From: Minisyncoccia bacterium
Lineage (GTDB): Bacteria; Patescibacteriota; Minisyncoccia; 2-02-FULL-40-12; IGHO2-01-FULL-4-A
Reading direction: 5' to 3'
Length of the DNA: 64,000 bases
Assembly: GCA_050015375.1 (NCBI GenBank)
Contig: JBEKBN010000002.1
Span: forward strand, 8,339 to 72,338
Positions 1 through 9,844 of the stretch are shown piece by piece. The number at the start of each line of letters is the position of its first letter. Position 1 is the stretch's first letter. Made by a program: the position numbers and the translations under genes. A model generated the notes under the pieces. It was not told where the DNA came from, made no database searches, and saw only the letters and a program-made list of their open reading frames with translations.

Positions 1-1058
1 TAGGTTTCGCCCGGATCGACAAAGGGGCTGGAAATGTCGCCAGTACTTAGCGAACCATGGTCTTCAGGCCAGATCTCTCCAAAATTATGATTGCCGTCAT
101 CACCGGTGTAAAGCGCGCCGCCGTCCGGCGCGCTACCTAAGGCTTTGATCCGCCACCAGGTGGCGCCAATGTCGGGCATTCCAAAAAACCAGCTTCCATC
201 ACCCACGTAATAGGAGTCATGGTAACGGGTCGGGGTTGTGGGTGTGCCGCCATAGGGTCCGAAATTCCTCCATTGCGAGTAGCCGTTGGGCAAAGCCACC
301 GTGGCTTGGGATTCGGGATATATGGTGGCCGGATAAAGCATATGGGGGTCTGTATCGTTAACCCATTCATCGGCGATTATTTTCCTGCCATCAGGCGATA
401 TGTATTTGCTTATATTCGGCCCGTTGAAATTAAAAGTTAAAAGAGGGATCGCGCTCACATCAGTATCGGATACGGTGGCTTTATAGATTTTTTTTGAATC
501 AAATTTAGGAGTTGTTGACCACGGCCAGTAGGCTGCTGAGCCTTCATCATAGTAGGTGTCCGGGATCTGGGGCGACCAATGAAAATATCCCGATGCCATA
601 CGACTTGGTCCATTCACGATCGGCCGTAAAAATTTTCCATCGGTATCAACAAGCATCCACATGTAGCTGTTTTCCTCGCCGGTAAAAGCGGCGGTATTCC
701 GGTCCCATGTCCAGAACGCCATTCTTTTGCCATCCGCGCTCCAAGGACTGACGCCGATGTCGTTTTGATAATATTCCTTTAAGTTTGGGGAATCGCTCAT
801 TTTCCAGACCTCATGCCCGGTCTCTGCGTCTTTGTACTCCAAAGTTTCCGGCTGCCAGATGTAATGGTTGGAAGTGTCTTCCAAAACGCTGGAGGGAAAA
901 ACATTTACGGTACGCCGCGCCTTACGGGTCATCATTTCATCAAGATTCTCCATGGCGGCTGAAGAAATTTTTACAAAACAAAACAGACCTAAAAATACGC
1001 CTAGGAAAATAAGAAGGGGTTTGGAATAATTCTTAAATCTTAATTTTACAATTTTCAC
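1..1058 (-). CDS. Secreted beta-propeller-like protein, 3'-truncated at the window edge. It is a paralog of the downstream 1126-4161 gene.
   Basis: My own translation of the minus strand gives an uninterrupted frame from GTG at 1056-1058: VKIVKLRFKNYSKPLLIFLGVFLGLFCFVKISSAA-MENLDEMMTRK...WQPETLEYKDAETGHEVWKM... This aligns with the N-terminus of the 1126-4233 product (AVENLDEAMLRK...QQPETLIWTDIATGSEVERL). The ORF track omits it because it runs off the edge. The start codon (GTG, no clear SD) is uncertain. Confidence 0.55.
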   Translation of the reverse strand, partial: MKIVKLRFKNYSKPLLIFLGVFLGLFCFVKISSAAMENLDEMMTRKARRTVNVFPSSVLEDTSNHYIWQPETLEYKDAETGHEVWKMSDSPNLKEYYQNDIGVSPWSADGKRMAFWTWDRNTAAFTGEENSYMWMLVDTDGKFLRPIVNGPSRMASGYFHWSPQIPDTYYDEGSAAYWPWSTTPKFDSKKIYKATVSDTDVSAIPLLTFNFNGPNISKYISPDGRKIIADEWVNDTDPHMLYPATIYPESQATVALPNGYSQWRNFGPYGGTPTTPTRYHDSYYVGDGSWFFGMPDIGATWWRIKALGSAPDGGALYTGDDGNHNFGEIWPEDHGSLSTGDISSPFVDPGET

Positions 1059-1125
1059 TGAATATTTAATTCTTTAATTTTCAACTTTGAAACATTGGGA
1101 AATCAATTGGGAATAAAATTAGAAA

Positions 1126-4100
1126 TTAATTTACAACAACTCCCGTCGGCGTAGCCGGAGGTGTAGTATCCCCCGATACATCAAGGGAAATGGTTTGGGA
1201 TTCTTTTCCCAAAACATCAACGGAAGTAATTCCGTATCTTGTCGTGCCATCTGTTGCTCCAAGCCAGTCCACCCAGGAGCATGAACCGCCAGAACAGATG
1301 TTTCTTGGAATAGAAGCGATCCTTCTTTGCTGAACGGCTGTCGGGGCTGCTCCGTCAAGGGCATATATATTGTAATAACGAACGGCCGAAGCGTTCGCTG
1401 GTTCAAGCCAATTAAGCGTATATTGCCCGGCGGCTGTGGCTGGAGCTTTTTCATATGCCTTGGTTAAGCTAGGCGGACTTAATGGAGCGACGGCAGAAAA
1501 AGGCGAGCTTCCTCCGGGATCGGCCGGGTATGAAGCCGTTTGAGAACCGGTTCCCGACCCTCCGCTTAGCGTGATCCTGTATATGTTGGATAGTTTATGA
1601 CCTTCCAGCCCACTTGCTTCCATTGAGGTAAGACCATAATAAAATGTTCCGTTGCCCGGAGCATCGGTGGCATCCCAATAGGTATTGCCGGTCCAGGTGC
1701 CAGTATCAAAATTATATCTATCCCACGCGTTCGCGGTTACAGTGTTAACCGAAGTCCAGGTTATCCCATCCGTACTTCGCCATAGCCGCCATTTATTGAT
1801 CTCTCTTGGCGGTAGATAAGTCCCGGTAGTTTCGTCCGGCCATTTTCTCTTTGTGTATCCTCTCCATGTTCCAGAATTCGTTCCCCAGTCGGCCCTGACC
1901 GTGACCGTTCCGCTGGCAGCTGTGACCCGAAAGATTTCCGGAGGGTAAGGATTTTCAACAACTACTTGAGCCATCGAAACATATTTGGTATCTTCCGCCA
2001 CACTACCAGCATATGGAGCATGAAATAAGGTTGAGGCAAAAGCTACTTTCGTTCCATCGGGGGACTGACATGGTCTTGGATAAGCATAATAATATGTAGG
2101 AGATCCGGAAAGATGGGTGTTAATCAGTTGCTTGGGAGCAAGATAATTAGTTTTTCCTGGTTGTGAGGTGGCATAGTATTTATTAACCCACATGGTGGTC
2201 TGTAAAGGCGATCCCGGCAGTCCAACGACCCAGTCCGACCAACCGGTCCAGGATGTGTGATTGGCAGAGCCGTGCCAGAATAGAGGAAACATTCCGTAAT
2301 GCGTTGGATCTGCCTTGACCCAAGGGACAATATCACCCGGACTTACGGGATTTGTTTTCGTGCCCGTGGTTACGATCCCCAGTCCCGGGCCATCTCCATA
2401 TTTTGGCGTATAGTCGTACATATCTTCAATTATATAGGTTCCCCACTGATCTTGGGAGCCATGCCCAAAATACGGGTTGTTGTAAGGATTATGTGGAAAA
2501 AATTTGGCAGACCAATTATCGTCCGTGAAAACGACTTGATCGATCCCGCCCCAAGATGTCCCATTCCAATCTGCCCAAAGGGGCCCGCCATCTGAAGCCC
2601 CGCCGGATTTTTTAAGCATAACGTGGACAGCGCCGCCGGCATAATTCAAAGTTACATATTGGCCATCCGGATTAGTAACATTCATGGAACTGGCATGCAC
2701 GGAAGCTTCGTTCTGAGACAAGTGCTCGCCGACCGGGTCGGAATAAGGCGCTGATGTGTATGAGGGGATTAAAGAAACATCATCTATATAAAATTCCGCC
2801 GGTTGGCTATTAGAATTATTTATAAATTGAACGGCGCCATAGTGTCCAGCCATTAAATAAATATTAAATTGGATTTTTTGCCACGAACCAGTGGTAGAAT
2901 ACGTGTTAGAAGAAACTGTGGTTTGCCCGCCATCAAGAATATTCACTTTTAACGTACCACTTGCAAGATAATACCAGGCAGTAAATAAATAACCATATTG
3001 GGTCATATCAATACCTTGAGATATGCCTCCATTTGATGGGGTGGAATCAACAACATGCCTTGCGTAGGTTCCCCCATGTGCTTTTGTCGAACTTCGTTCA
3101 TTTACCGCTGGACTTCCTACGGACGCCCAATTCGCATCCGCCTCCATTGTCCCATTAATTATTTGGTCCCCAATCCACGGCATCACTGCGCCATACGGAA
3201 AAGTATTTGTAATTTCCTGCCAATAGTTTGTCCAATCTGCGCCAGTCGGTGGCCTTTTCGCGGGATCAGCAAGATGGTCCTGAGTAGCTTCGTATATTTT
3301 GCCGTCTCCATTGCCTTGAACCAGAGTACCGTATCCGGATGGACCTAAGTGACGTGCAATACCCCAAGAAGCGGCCAGAACTGGCGCTCCACTGCTAAAA
3401 TCAATAAAATGAGCTCCTTTAGATGCAATTTGATTGGGGGTTGGATAATTGAAGACCGCCGCATCTGTTACAAGAAGCGTTGTTCCGCCGCTGGGAATGG
3501 AACCTGATATCCACTTGGTTCGCCCGTCATTGAAATCAAAAAAGGGGGCACCAGAAATATGAGGACCCGGGGAGGCCCTATTGGTAGTTGGATCAACACT
3601 GACCTTGAAGATCTGGTCAGAATTGCCAGAACCGATCTCACCACCTACCCAGTAATAAGGCCCATCCACAGCCCAGCCGATTCCCATATTGTCTACGGTA
3701 TTCCCCCAGCCCGTGGACTTTCTCATGTCGGTTCCATCAGAATTAGCTATCCATCTTCCATAAGAAGCCGTGTCGCGTTCCGGATCTGTACTGGTTCTTT
3801 TATTGCCGTAGTCGAACCAGCCTACCTTTGAGCCGTCAAAATTCCAAAATCTATGAGCTGCGATGTCATTGGAAATGATATCGGCGCCTTGGGGGCGGAA
3901 AAAGAGACGCTCAACTTCAGAACCGGTCGCGATATCTGTCCAGATCAAAGTTTCCGGTTGTTGAAAATAGTTGTTGCTTGGATTTTCTCCTGAAAAAACC
4001 GTGTTTGACCCGTTCCAGGGTGGACCCGGGTAACGGCTTTTTCTAAGCATCGCTTCGTCAAGATTCTCAACGGCAGCTTTGGTGAGAAAAGGGAAACTGA

Positions 4101-4161
4101 GTAGAACCAGCGCCAAAAAGCAAAAGATCACATTGAATTTTGTTTGTGCCTTTTTCGTCAT
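1126..4161 (-). CDS. Large secreted multi-repeat protein with a signal peptide, TolB/beta-propeller-like repeats and a C-terminal Ig/Fn3-like region.
   Basis: The ORF is 1035 aa. The likely true start is the internal Met (MTKKAQTKFNVIFCFLALVLLSFPFLTKAA), which gives a classic signal peptide. The body is rich in W/G/D/Y repeats. The C-terminus is Thr/Pro-rich (TTPPATPTGVVVN). It is paralogous to the partial gene at 1-1058. Confidence 0.65.
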   Translation of the reverse strand: MTKKAQTKFNVIFCFLALVLLSFPFLTKAAVENLDEAMLRKSRYPGPPWNGSNTVFSGENPSNNYFQQPETLIWTDIATGSEVERLFFRPQGADIISNDIAAHRFWNFDGSKVGWFDYGNKRTSTDPERDTASYGRWIANSDGTDMRKSTGWGNTVDNMGIGWAVDGPYYWVGGEIGSGNSDQIFKVSVDPTTNRASPGPHISGAPFFDFNDGRTKWISGSIPSGGTTLLVTDAAVFNYPTPNQIASKGAHFIDFSSGAPVLAASWGIARHLGPSGYGTLVQGNGDGKIYEATQDHLADPAKRPPTGADWTNYWQEITNTFPYGAVMPWIGDQIINGTMEADANWASVGSPAVNERSSTKAHGGTYARHVVDSTPSNGGISQGIDMTQYGYLFTAWYYLASGTLKVNILDGGQTTVSSNTYSTTGSWQKIQFNIYLMAGHYGAVQFINNSNSQPAEFYIDDVSLIPSYTSAPYSDPVGEHLSQNEASVHASSMNVTNPDGQYVTLNYAGGAVHVMLKKSGGASDGGPLWADWNGTSWGGIDQVVFTDDNWSAKFFPHNPYNNPYFGHGSQDQWGTYIIEDMYDYTPKYGDGPGLGIVTTGTKTNPVSPGDIVPWVKADPTHYGMFPLFWHGSANHTSWTGWSDWVVGLPGSPLQTTMWVNKYYATSQPGKTNYLAPKQLINTHLSGSPTYYYAYPRPCQSPDGTKVAFASTLFHAPYAGSVAEDTKYVSMAQVVVENPYPPEIFRVTAASGTVTVRADWGTNSGTWRGYTKRKWPDETTGTYLPPREINKWRLWRSTDGITWTSVNTVTANAWDRYNFDTGTWTGNTYWDATDAPGNGTFYYGLTSMEASGLEGHKLSNIYRITLSGGSGTGSQTASYPADPGGSSPFSAVAPLSPPSLTKAYEKAPATAAGQYTLNWLEPANASAVRYYNIYALDGAAPTAVQQRRIASIPRNICSGGSCSWVDWLGATDGTTRYGITSVDVLGKESQTISLDVSGDTTPPATPTGVVVN

Positions 4162-4304
4162 ATCTACGCCTAATTTTACTATGACCGGCGATATTATGAA
4201 AGAACTTAATCCACAACGGTTTCGCGAGATCAAAGCGGCGGCGGAAGGGTACGAAATTGACCGACTAACTTGTCAAATAAATCCGGAAATGCTAGGATAG
4301 CGAA

Positions 4305-4574
4305 ATGCCAATAACCAAATCTGCCCAAAAGGCGTTAAGACAATCAGAGGGTAGGAAATCCCGCAATATCATCCGCAAGGATAAATACAAGAAGTATGTG
4401 AAAGAATTCCGCAAGGCGATAGTCGCCAAAAATTTTGATGAGGCGAAAGTTCTCCTGCCGAAGGTCTATCAATCGCTCGACAAAGCGGCCAAAAGTAAAA
4501 CCATCAAGAAAAACAAAGCCAGCCGGTTGAAATCGCGGTTGAGCGCGTCAATGGTTAAGTCGGCGGGAAAATGA
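4305..4574 (+). CDS. rpsT: 30S ribosomal protein S20
   Basis: The 89-aa basic protein reads MPITKSAQKALRQSEGRKSRN...KNKASRLKSRL. This matches the S20 pattern (SAxKRxxQSExRRxxN...KNKAARxK). Confidence 0.9.
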   Translation: MPITKSAQKALRQSEGRKSRNIIRKDKYKKYVKEFRKAIVAKNFDEAKVLLPKVYQSLDKAAKSKTIKKNKASRLKSRLSASMVKSAGK

Positions 4575-4594
4575 TTTTTTTGGAGAATCTGTGA

Positions 4595-4636
4595 GACACC
4601 GGTCGCGGGCTCCGCCCGCGACCGGTGTCTTTTTTT
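4595..4636 (+). terminator. Rho-independent terminator after rpsT. It is partly bidirectional and overlaps the ftsW stop.
   Basis: A perfect 16-bp stem (gacaccggtcgcgggc / gcccgcgaccggtgtc) with loop tcc is followed by ttttttt. Confidence 0.8.
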
Positions 4637-5807
4637 ATCCATTTCTCGCTATCGCATTCGCGATCCCCAAGCCGGCGAAAAGCGGCCAGAGAGCCGAACT
4701 GCCATAACTGAAAAATGGCAGCGGCACTCCGGTCAACGGAATAAGACCGCTGATCGAACCGATATTTATGAATGCCTGAAGCGAAAGCCAGACGGCTACG
4801 CCGAGAATGAATAATCTTGAGAATTGATCACCGGCTTTTTTGGCTATGTGAACCAAGGTCAAAACCATGCCGACAAAAAGGGCAATGACAGCCGACCCGC
4901 CGACCAGACCCAGTTCTTCGACGATGACCGCGAAGATCGAATCCCCCGCCGGTTCGGGAAGATTGCTGATTTTTTGCTGGCTTTGGCCGTAACCGACGCC
5001 GAAGAGCCCGCCATTTCTAATGCTAACCAGTGCCTGATTAGTATGATAAGCGACGCCCTGGACATCCGCTGAGGGATTGAAATAGGCTTTTATCCTATCC
5101 CAGCGATAGGGCGCGAAGTATGCCAGCCCGGCAAATAGGATCGCAAAAACAAGCAGAAATCCCAGCATGTGGGAAATTTTCGCGCCTGAAAAAAAATACA
5201 TTGAAGCGCCCAGCAGAACAATGATGGTCAGAGTTTTCAGATCAGGTTGCAACGCTAAAAGAAAACCGACAAAACCCAAAACCAGCAAAAACGGCAGAAC
5301 CGCGGACGACCAATGATCGGTGGTGCGACTACCCCGTTGGGAGAACCAAGCGGCTAAATAGATTATCAAGGAAAGTTTGAGAAGTTCCGATGGCTCGAAA
5401 GTCAATGGTCCCAAATGAAGCCATCTTTGGGCGCCGTTTAAAGTTACGCCAAATTGTGGCATAAAGATCAAAAGCAAAAGCCCGATGTTGACGAATAGAA
5501 TCGGCAAAGCTAATTTTTTCCAAATTTTGGGTTTTATCCAAGAAAGCGCGAAAAAAATAACGAGTCCGGGCAGGACGCCAAACAGGAGCTGATGTTTGAA
5601 AAAATACGAAGCCGAGCCGAAAACCCGTTGGCCTTCGACCACGCCGGCCGACGACAGCATGACAAGACCGAATATGACCAGCAAAAAAAGAAGTATCACC
5701 AGCGTTTTCCCGGACCCCGAGGATTTCATTTCTCTATTATACAACAATTTCCGCGAGCCGGTCTCTTTTTTCACCAGATTCTCGGCTTCGCTCATCGGCT
5801 CATTCAA
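4635..5807 (-). CDS. ftsW: SEDS-family peptidoglycan glycosyltransferase (FtsW/RodA). The dcw context points to FtsW.
   Basis: The protein is polytopic with ~10 TM segments. The C-terminal motif GLIPLTGVPLPFFSYGSSAL is the SEDS signature. It lies adjacent to mraY. The start is uncertain: TTG at 5807 or ATG at 5795. Confidence 0.85.
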   Translation of the reverse strand: MNEPMSEAENLVKKETGSRKLLYNREMKSSGSGKTLVILLFLLVIFGLVMLSSAGVVEGQRVFGSASYFFKHQLLFGVLPGLVIFFALSWIKPKIWKKLALPILFVNIGLLLLIFMPQFGVTLNGAQRWLHLGPLTFEPSELLKLSLIIYLAAWFSQRGSRTTDHWSSAVLPFLLVLGFVGFLLALQPDLKTLTIIVLLGASMYFFSGAKISHMLGFLLVFAILFAGLAYFAPYRWDRIKAYFNPSADVQGVAYHTNQALVSIRNGGLFGVGYGQSQQKISNLPEPAGDSIFAVIVEELGLVGGSAVIALFVGMVLTLVHIAKKAGDQFSRLFILGVAVWLSLQAFINIGSISGLIPLTGVPLPFFSYGSSALWPLFAGLGIANAIARNG

Positions 5808-6007
5808 GACGATTTGTATTTCCGGAATTTCAGGTGACCCTCACCTGCGCGGGCTATTCAGCTTCGTTCTCGACCTCAAATTCCGGACAAATCGTCTCTC
5901 CGGTTCGCCGATTCGCTTGCCTGCGAGATGTGAAAAAAGAGACCGGCTCGCTTTTTCTTAGCACACCAAAAACAAAAAGACCCCCGAAGGAGTCCGATGA
6001 AAGAGCT

Positions 6008-6253
6008 CTAAATATTTTTACGCCTAACTTTTTTAAAGATTCGCTGCATACCCTCCCACGTCATTTGGTACATTTCCAGTGGGGTCATATACCAATCATC
6101 GAGCCATCTTTCATATCCAGCTTTTGCAATTATCAATCTGGCACCATAATGAAGCCAAAGGCATATGTTGCCAATAAGGAGAGAAGTAATCAATGAAATA
6201 CAAAAATAAATGGACAGAATCCAAAATGCTTGGAATGGCGAGATTAAGATCAT
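6008..6253 (-). CDS. Small hypothetical membrane protein
   Basis: The 81-aa ORF has one hydrophobic helix and sits between mraY and ftsW where murD would normally be. There is no homology signal. It is called only from the ORF and its context. Confidence 0.3.
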   Translation of the reverse strand: MILISPFQAFWILSIYFCISLITSLLIGNICLWLHYGARLIIAKAGYERWLDDWYMTPLEMYQMTWEGMQRIFKKVRRKNI

Positions 6254-6284
6254 AATGCTCCTTTTTGGTTTGAATTGTTAAAGG

Positions 6285-7364
6285 TCAGCGAAATAAAGGT
6301 GGAATTTTACTATCAACCAAGAAAATAATTAAACCGATGATCGCGCCAATGAGGTTTATCATCCAGAAGCGCATGGTCACCTGGGACTCGGGCCAGCCGA
6401 GAGCTTCGAAATGATGATGAATGGGCGTTGAAAGGAATATTTTTTTCTTGCGGAATTTTTTGGACAACAATTGGATAATGACCGAACCGGATTCAATGAA
6501 AAAGATAATGCCGATGGGAATAAGCAAGAACGGCGTATTGGTCAGCATAGCAATAATGCCAAGCAGAACGCCCAAGGGCATCGAGCCGGTGGCGCCCATA
6601 AAAAATTTGGCCGGAAAAATATTAAACCACAAAAACGCGGCCAAAGCGCCCATGATGGCGGCGATGAAAACCACCAGATCCATCCTGCCCTGAACAAAAG
6701 CGATGGCTCCGTAAGCGCCGAACATGGTCAAAAATATTCCCGCCACCAAGCCATCAAGGCCGTCGGTTTCATTCGCTGAAAAAGTTGTGGCTACGATTAT
6801 GAGAATGAAGATCAGAATATACCACCAGCCGACAAAAAGATCGCCCAGAAACGGCAGATTGATGGTGGTAAAACCAAGTTTGAAATAAAACCACCAGGCG
6901 CCGCCGATCGCCACGAGAGTGTATAAGATCAGCTGATATCTCATTGATAATCCCCCGCCTTTGGGACCGATCCGCAAAACGCCGAGGTAGTCATCAATCA
7001 TCCCGACAAGTCCCGCCACGACCAACGCCCCGAACGGCAACCAAGTTTGGGGCCGCGAAAAGAAATTCATCTTGCCCCAAAATCCATCCATTGTTTTTGA
7101 CAAAAACCAAAAGACCAAAGTCAGTAGAACGACCGTTCCCCAGACAATGAATCCGGCCATGGTCGGTGTGCCTTCTTTGGCTTTGTGGAGAGAATTAAAA
7201 ATGGGCGCGCCTTCCTGCCGAAGTTGTTTGCCCATTCTATTTTTGACCAAAACCTTGTTCCATAAGGGCGTCACCGCTAGCGACACAAAAAAAGCCAAAG
7301 TGGCGACGACAAAAATTCTGACGACATTGAAAACAGTGAATGATTGTGGTAATGGATTGATCAT
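6285..7364 (-). CDS. mraY: Phospho-N-acetylmuramoyl-pentapeptide transferase
   Basis: The protein has 10 TM segments. The motifs ANETDGLDGL and PIHHHFE are MraY hallmarks. Confidence 0.9.
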   Translation of the reverse strand: MINPLPQSFTVFNVVRIFVVATLAFFVSLAVTPLWNKVLVKNRMGKQLRQEGAPIFNSLHKAKEGTPTMAGFIVWGTVVLLTLVFWFLSKTMDGFWGKMNFFSRPQTWLPFGALVVAGLVGMIDDYLGVLRIGPKGGGLSMRYQLILYTLVAIGGAWWFYFKLGFTTINLPFLGDLFVGWWYILIFILIIVATTFSANETDGLDGLVAGIFLTMFGAYGAIAFVQGRMDLVVFIAAIMGALAAFLWFNIFPAKFFMGATGSMPLGVLLGIIAMLTNTPFLLIPIGIIFFIESGSVIIQLLSKKFRKKKIFLSTPIHHHFEALGWPESQVTMRFWMINLIGAIIGLIIFLVDSKIPPLFR

Positions 7365-7370
7365 AGATTT

Positions 7371-8417
7371 TTACTGCCAAGAATAGGCCTGCCGACCCCA
7401 CTCAACAAGTTCTTTTATTTCTCCGAAGCGGTCGTTGGAACCCAGAACCACGGCGATCATCCTGTTGTCGTCTCCGCCCGAAATGGATCCCTGCCCGCCG
7501 GCAGGTGTGGTATCTCCGGCGGAAACTTTGACTTCCAAAACCATGGTTTGGAGAGCGCCGTTCGTGAAACCCGTCTTGCCGCCAATGATCCCGGGAACGT
7601 CTCCCAAAAGCTGGTCGGTGCTGACCAGATGATGAGTATATTTGCCGTCAATTGAACTGACATCGGCGGTTCTGGTGGCTAAAATCTCCCAGATGACCGG
7701 ATACTTGTCAACATACCCGACTAATTTTATCAGATCGGAGACGGTTGAAAAAGAGTCGCCGTCATCCAGGCCGGCCGGGTCGGAAAATTTCGTGTCGGCC
7801 ATGCCAAGCACCCCCGCCTTCTCGTTCATTTTGGCAACTATGTCAATCCCTTTTTGGGAAGCATTGGAAGCGAAAACCAAAGCGGCGTCGTTGGAAGATT
7901 TTATCAGCATGACCTTCAAAAGATCGCCGCCTTTTAGTTTTTCGCCATTCGCGAAATCAGCGCCGTTGCCATCGGCGTTCAGATCTTCGGGCACAACGGT
8001 GTAAGTATCGCTAAGCGACAAATTTTCCATGACCACGACGGCGGTCATCAGTTTGGTTATCGAAGCGATGGGTAATTTGTCATTGACATCTTTTGAGTAA
8101 AGCAATTTCTCGGATTTGATATCATACAAAGCGGCGGACTTGGCGCCGATATCGGGATCGGGGATATTGAAATCACGGATCGGTAAATAGTTAGCTTGGT
8201 TGTTGGGTAAAATATACGTCTCGATCTGCTGGCCGAAATTTATTTGGCTGACGTCCATTTCTTTGGACGGAGCGATTACGGCAATGGCTTCATTTTTCGT
8301 CTTGTCAACTTGTGCGGTCGAGGGCAGCATCCGGAAGGAAGCAAACCAAACCAGCAAAGCCAATAAACCCAAAACGATGCCGGTTGAAATTGTGCTGATG
8401 ACCAGTTTTATCCGCAT
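7371..8417 (-). CDS. D-alanyl-D-alanine carboxypeptidase (low-MW PBP, peptidase S11, PBP5-like)
   Basis: There is an N-terminal membrane anchor. The SxxK motif is present (SITKLMT), as are SxN (SSND) and KTG (KTGFT). Confidence 0.8.
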   Translation of the reverse strand: MRIKLVISTISTGIVLGLLALLVWFASFRMLPSTAQVDKTKNEAIAVIAPSKEMDVSQINFGQQIETYILPNNQANYLPIRDFNIPDPDIGAKSAALYDIKSEKLLYSKDVNDKLPIASITKLMTAVVVMENLSLSDTYTVVPEDLNADGNGADFANGEKLKGGDLLKVMLIKSSNDAALVFASNASQKGIDIVAKMNEKAGVLGMADTKFSDPAGLDDGDSFSTVSDLIKLVGYVDKYPVIWEILATRTADVSSIDGKYTHHLVSTDQLLGDVPGIIGGKTGFTNGALQTMVLEVKVSAGDTTPAGGQGSISGGDDNRMIAVVLGSNDRFGEIKELVEWGRQAYSWQ

Positions 8418-8419
8418 AT

Positions 8420-9844
8420 TTATTTTTTCCCGCTTTCCGCTATCTTCAGATGCAATTCTCTAAGTTGTTTTTCGTCCACCTCCGAGGGCGAACCCATCAT
8501 TGGATCTCTGACCGAACCGGCCAAAGGAAAGGCAATGACCTCGCTGATCTTTTCTTCGTTTGCCAAGATCCTGACAAGCCGGTCAATACCGGGAGCGATC
8601 CCGCCATGGGGCGGCACGCCATATTCAAATGCCTCCAGCATATGTGAAAATTGTTTTTTCTGTTTCGGAGAAAAGCCGATGAGATCGAAAATTTTATCCT
8701 GGATCTTGGGATCGTGGATCCTGATGCTGCCGCCGCCGATCTCCACTCCGTTTAGAACTAAATCGTGCTGAAGGGACCGGGCCTTGCCGGGTTCGGTGTC
8801 AAGCAAGTGAATGTCTTCGGGTTTAGGCGCGGTGAACATGTGATGCGAAGGCGCCCATTTGTCGCCGGCTCCGTGAAAAAAATCTTCTTCGGTTTGCTCC
8901 GTGAAAAGCGGAAAATCCACGATCCAGCAAAAAGCCAATTCATTCGGGTCGTTCTTGTCTTTCCGCAGATCGGGCTTGTCACTGCCGAATTTTTCCTTGG
9001 CTTCCCTATAAGTCATTTTGGGCCAAGGAGCTTGGGTGATCTTTTTCTTTGGTGTCAGGGTCTGAACCAATTTGCTGTATAGTTTTTCAATTAATTCCAA
9101 AATTTCTTCTTGGCTGACAAAAGACATTTCCAGGTCCAATTGATAGAACTCGCCGGGACTCCGGTCGGCTCGGGCATCTTCGTCGCGAAAACAGGGAGCG
9201 ATCTGATAATATTTTTCCATGCCGGCGACCATCAATAATTGTTTGTACTGCTGGGGCGACTGGGGCAGAGCGAAAAACTGACCCGGATATTTTCTTGATG
9301 GGACAAGATAATCGCGGGCGCCTTCAGGTGTGGATTTGGTCAAGATCGGCGTTTGAATTTCGATGAATCCATCATCGGTAAGATAATTTCTTATGAACTG
9401 AATGACTTTGTGGCGCAATTGAAGATTTTTCCGCATTCGCGGATTACGCAGATCAAGGTAGCGATATTTCAATCGCGTCTCTTCGTTTATCTCTCTGGTG
9501 TCGGATGCGATGTCAAACGGTAACGTCTTTGACTCGCTGATGATCTTGATGTCCGTGGCTTCCAGTTCGACAGTGCCGGTAGCTAGTTCTTTGTTGACCA
9601 AATTCTTCGGCCGTTCATTGATCTTGCCAATAATTTTGACGACGAATTCGCTCCGCAATTTTTCGGCGATTTCGTGGGCGGTTTGCGAAATTTTCGGATT
9701 GACGACGACTTGAACCAAACCGGTCTTGTCGCGGACATCGAGAAAAATCAATTTGCCGTGGTCCCGCCGGGTATTGACCCAACCAAAAATCTCAACTTCC
9801 TCTCCGATATGACCCACCGTCTCAGCGGTATATGTGCGTTTCAT
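8420..9844 (-). CDS. aspS: Aspartate--tRNA ligase, short archaeal/eukaryal-type form without the GAD insertion and probably non-discriminating.
   Basis: The N-terminal OB-fold anticodon-binding domain is present. Class II motifs are present: FRDEDARADRSPGEFYQLDLEMSF, GGSIRIHDP and GIDRLV. At 474 aa it is too short to contain a GAD domain. Confidence 0.9.
   Translation of the reverse strand: MKRTYTAETVGHIGEEVEIFGWVNTRRDHGKLIFLDVRDKTGLVQVVVNPKISQTAHEIAEKLRSEFVVKIIGKINERPKNLVNKELATGTVELEATDIKIISESKTLPFDIASDTREINEETRLKYRYLDLRNPRMRKNLQLRHKVIQFIRNYLTDDGFIEIQTPILTKSTPEGARDYLVPSRKYPGQFFALPQSPQQYKQLLMVAGMEKYYQIAPCFRDEDARADRSPGEFYQLDLEMSFVSQEEILELIEKLYSKLVQTLTPKKKITQAPWPKMTYREAKEKFGSDKPDLRKDKNDPNELAFCWIVDFPLFTEQTEEDFFHGAGDKWAPSHHMFTAPKPEDIHLLDTEPGKARSLQHDLVLNGVEIGGGSIRIHDPKIQDKIFDLIGFSPKQKKQFSHMLEAFEYGVPPHGGIAPGIDRLVRILANEEKISEVIAFPLAGSVRDPMMGSPSEVDEKQLRELHLKIAESGKK

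Noticed and set aside
4234-4304. Candidate rpsT promoter (TTGTCA...TAGGAT) immediately upstream of the ATG.
   Set aside because: The -10 candidate ends only ~2 nt before the start codon. This would make the transcript leaderless with no SD. That is possible for S20 but not demonstrable here, so no promoter feature is called.
6421-7386. Several 60-120-aa plus-strand ORFs lie inside mraY, ftsW, dacA, secA, secD and other genes.
   Set aside because: They are antisense or out-of-frame shadows of long, well-supported genes with low-complexity or stop-poor frames. There is no independent evidence for them.
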